Origin: a bacterium
Lineage (GTDB): Bacteria > Patescibacteriota > CPR2 > UBA1875 > CAIMLA01
DNA: 64,000 nt
Direction of reading: 5' to 3'
Assembly: GCA_037129835.1 (NCBI GenBank)
Contig: JBAXUE010000003.1
Coordinates: forward strand, 18,793-82,792
The notes under the pieces are model-generated. The model was not told the DNA's origin. It did no database searches and saw nothing but the letters and a program-made list of their open reading frames with translations. Made by a program: the position numbers and the translations under genes. Shown here one piece after another: positions 62,140 through 64,000 of this stretch (positions are counted from its first letter, which is position 1; each line of letters begins with the position of its first letter).

Positions 62140-63141
62140 TTAAATACCAAGCCCGATGGCATCTTGTACACGTTTCAGAGTCTCTGCAGCAATAGGCTTT
62201 GCTTTAGTTGCACCGTCTTTCAATACTTTTAGGACATATTCATCGCTTATTTCGTTATATTTTTCTTGGAACGGTGTTAGTAGTTTAATAACGGATTCAG
62301 CAACGTCTTTTTTAAATTCACCATATGAAACACCGGCATATTTTCTTTCGAGATCCTTAATAGGAGTTTCGGTACATACAGACAAAATGTTTAATAAATT
62401 GGAGATCCCCGGTTTATTGGTTTTGTCGAAAATGATTTTGTTGTCTGAATCGGTTACTGCTTTTGCTAGTTTTGAGAGTATTACTTCCGGTTTATCTAGA
62501 ATCTCGATTCTACTATTTGGATTATCGTCAGATTTTGACATTTTTTCAGTGGGGACTGTCAGCGACATTATTCGGGTTGCTTCTTTGTTGGTGGTAAATT
62601 CTGGCATAACAAAAACTTTGCCGTAACGCTTGTTGATTCGTTCAGCGATGTCCCTAGTTATCTCCACATGTTGTTTTTGGTCATCTCCTACGGGTACTTC
62701 GTCAGCGTCGTAGAGCAGAATATCGGCGGCCATGAGAACCGGATAATCAAAAAGTCCCACAGAGACGGCTTCTCCTTTGTTTCTTGATTTGTCTTTGAAT
62801 TGAGTCATTCTGCTAGCTTCGCCAAAATAAGTAAAGCAATTTAGAACCCAACATAGTTCTGATAGTTCTGATACTGTCGATTGCACAAATACTATGGATT
62901 TTTTTGGGTCTATCCCCGCTGCGAGATATATTTTAGCAATTTCCAGTGTTCGACTTTTTAGCAAAACAGGGTCTTGTGGTACAGTAATTGCATGCATATC
63001 CATTACGCAAAAAATATTATTTTTGCCATCCTGTTCTTTAACCCATTTGTAGATAGTTGCTAAATAATTACCTATATGTAGGTCACCGCTTGGTTGGATA
63101 CCAGAAAAAACTCTCTTTTTTGTCATAACTCTCCTATTCAT
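62140..63141 (-). CDS. trpS: Tryptophanyl-tRNA synthetase
   Basis: HIGH as FSGIQPSGDLHIGNY, KMSKS as KMSKSD; 333 aa. Confidence 0.85.
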   Translation of the reverse strand: MNRRVMTKKRVFSGIQPSGDLHIGNYLATIYKWVKEQDGKNNIFCVMDMHAITVPQDPVLLKSRTLEIAKIYLAAGIDPKKSIVFVQSTVSELSELCWVLNCFTYFGEASRMTQFKDKSRNKGEAVSVGLFDYPVLMAADILLYDADEVPVGDDQKQHVEITRDIAERINKRYGKVFVMPEFTTNKEATRIMSLTVPTEKMSKSDDNPNSRIEILDKPEVILSKLAKAVTDSDNKIIFDKTNKPGISNLLNILSVCTETPIKDLERKYAGVSYGEFKKDVAESVIKLLTPFQEKYNEISDEYVLKVLKDGATKAKPIAAETLKRVQDAIGLGI

Positions 63142-63183
63142 TTACATTTTAATATTATTAATCATTGATGTCTAATAAAGCGG

Positions 63184-63906
63184 TTATATTAACTCTGTTT
63201 TGTGATATCTGCCTGCGAAACCTTGAAACTCCGTATAGGTATCTTCTCCTATTAGAAACGGGTAAAAGCCGAGTTCCTCGATCAGTTCTAGGTTCTTTGC
63301 ATTTATTGGTAATATTACATCATTTGATATTGTCTCTGATACTTTCAAGATAGTTCTAGATATGGGTGTTTGTTTTTTTCCCGATAACAAACCTTCAATA
63401 ACAGCCTTAATTTCTTGAAAACTTTCAGGAGTTTTTGAATATTTAATCCCAGTCTCAAAAGAAACTCCTATCTCGTATTGTCCGATTAGTGAGTGTTTTG
63501 CCATCTCTTTGACCATATATATAATGGTGCCAAAGTCCGTAAGGTTCAGAATTTGTTTTGTCTTGATATCTATATTTGTAATGATCGGCGTTGTAAGTGT
63601 GTCAGATGTAGTAGTATGTATGTCTATTAGATATTCTGGATTTCCTATCGCGTTTATCATTCTACTAGCCAAACGTTCTTCATAGTTTCCTGTTGAGTTT
63701 CCAGGAAAACAACGGTTCAGGTCTTCTTCGATATATCTTGTTTTTTGTTTTAGGGCTTTTGTGTTAGCGAGTATTAGCTTTAACTCAGGGTATTTATCGA
63801 TTTTGGAAGTGTAATAATCAAAAAACTTCTTTCCAAAAATTTCATCACCATGCAAACAACAAACAATAGTCACTTTTATTGTTCCGGTACCTTTAGTTAT
63901 TATCAT
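63184..63906 (-). CDS. AstE/AspA (succinylglutamate desuccinylase/aspartoacylase) family Zn-hydrolase-like protein
   Basis: N-terminal VTIVCCLHGDEIFGKK resembles the HGNE metal-binding motif; 240 aa. Confidence 0.35.
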   Translation of the reverse strand: MIITKGTGTIKVTIVCCLHGDEIFGKKFFDYYTSKIDKYPELKLILANTKALKQKTRYIEEDLNRCFPGNSTGNYEERLASRMINAIGNPEYLIDIHTTTSDTLTTPIITNIDIKTKQILNLTDFGTIIYMVKEMAKHSLIGQYEIGVSFETGIKYSKTPESFQEIKAVIEGLLSGKKQTPISRTILKVSETISNDVILPINAKNLELIEELGFYPFLIGEDTYTEFQGFAGRYHKTELI

Positions 63907-64000
63907 CTATTCTCCTTAATTTAAAAAACCTTGTAAACACTCGAAGCAAATAGCTTTAAATATTTACAAGGACCTTCAAGAGGTGGTGCCACCTTGTTTT

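Overview
This 64 kb chromosomal window is AT-rich (about 60% A+T by eye), uses the standard code, and is densely packed with genes. It looks like a small-genome, monoderm-type bacterium, most consistent with a CPR/Patescibacteria-like or otherwise reduced Gram-positive-like lineage. That phylogenetic call is inference.

The window has five parts:

(i) 0-20 kb is a cell-surface polysaccharide cluster. It holds a UDP-2-acetamido-2,6-dideoxy-L-hexose module (CapE/FnlA-type dehydratase, RmlD-like reductase, CapG/FnlC-type 2-epimerase) and rmlA, rmlB, rmlC, rmlD for dTDP-L-rhamnose, plus galU and glf (UDP-galactofuranose). It also has a GT4 transferase, two GT2 polyprenyl-phosphate sugar synthases with GtrA-like and DUF2304 partners, and three large polytopic (GT-C-like) membrane proteins. 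Two secreted proteins flank the cluster, one of them a subtilisin, and both carry the same triple ~45-aa YRFWNxNGTHFYTASExEK repeat module.

(ii) 20-26 kb is the replication origin region: jag, yidC, DnaA boxes, dnaA, a perfect TTATCCACA box with an AT-rich stretch, dnaN, recF and a DUF721-like ORF.

(iii) 25.7-42.2 kb is a minus-strand array of about 16 kb that I read as a Gram-positive-style type IV secretion-like apparatus with no relaxase or coupling protein. It runs, in transcription order:
- three tandem VirB2-like two-helix pilin paralogs;
- a VirB6/TrbL-like polytopic protein;
- a VirB3/PrgI-like protein;
- a VirB4 ATPase that is apparently split into two overlapping ORFs;
- a PrgK-like 658-aa anchored protein;
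- an expanded set of peptidoglycan hydrolases (CHAP, three NlpC/P60, one fused NlpC/P60+VanY/M15), each paired with a PEGA-domain membrane-anchored paralog.
This is the most unusual system in the window.

(iv) 42-47 kb holds Hsp20, a wHTH/Cas2-like-fold regulator, comFC, pilB, tRNA-Ser(CGA), tRNA-Arg, a membrane methyltransferase and rubrerythrin.

(v) 47-64 kb holds a 779-aa highly acidic HD-domain protein, a heliorhodopsin, tRNA-Ser(UGA) and tRNA-Ser(GCU). It also holds valS preceded by a T-box-like leader with divergent promoters, tsaD, a FemAB-like protein, murE, a DHH (NrnA-like) phosphoesterase, trpS, an AstE/AspA-family protein, and two small GC-rich gene islets with their own promoter, SD and terminator signals.

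I found no CRISPR array, rRNA, transposase or integrase.
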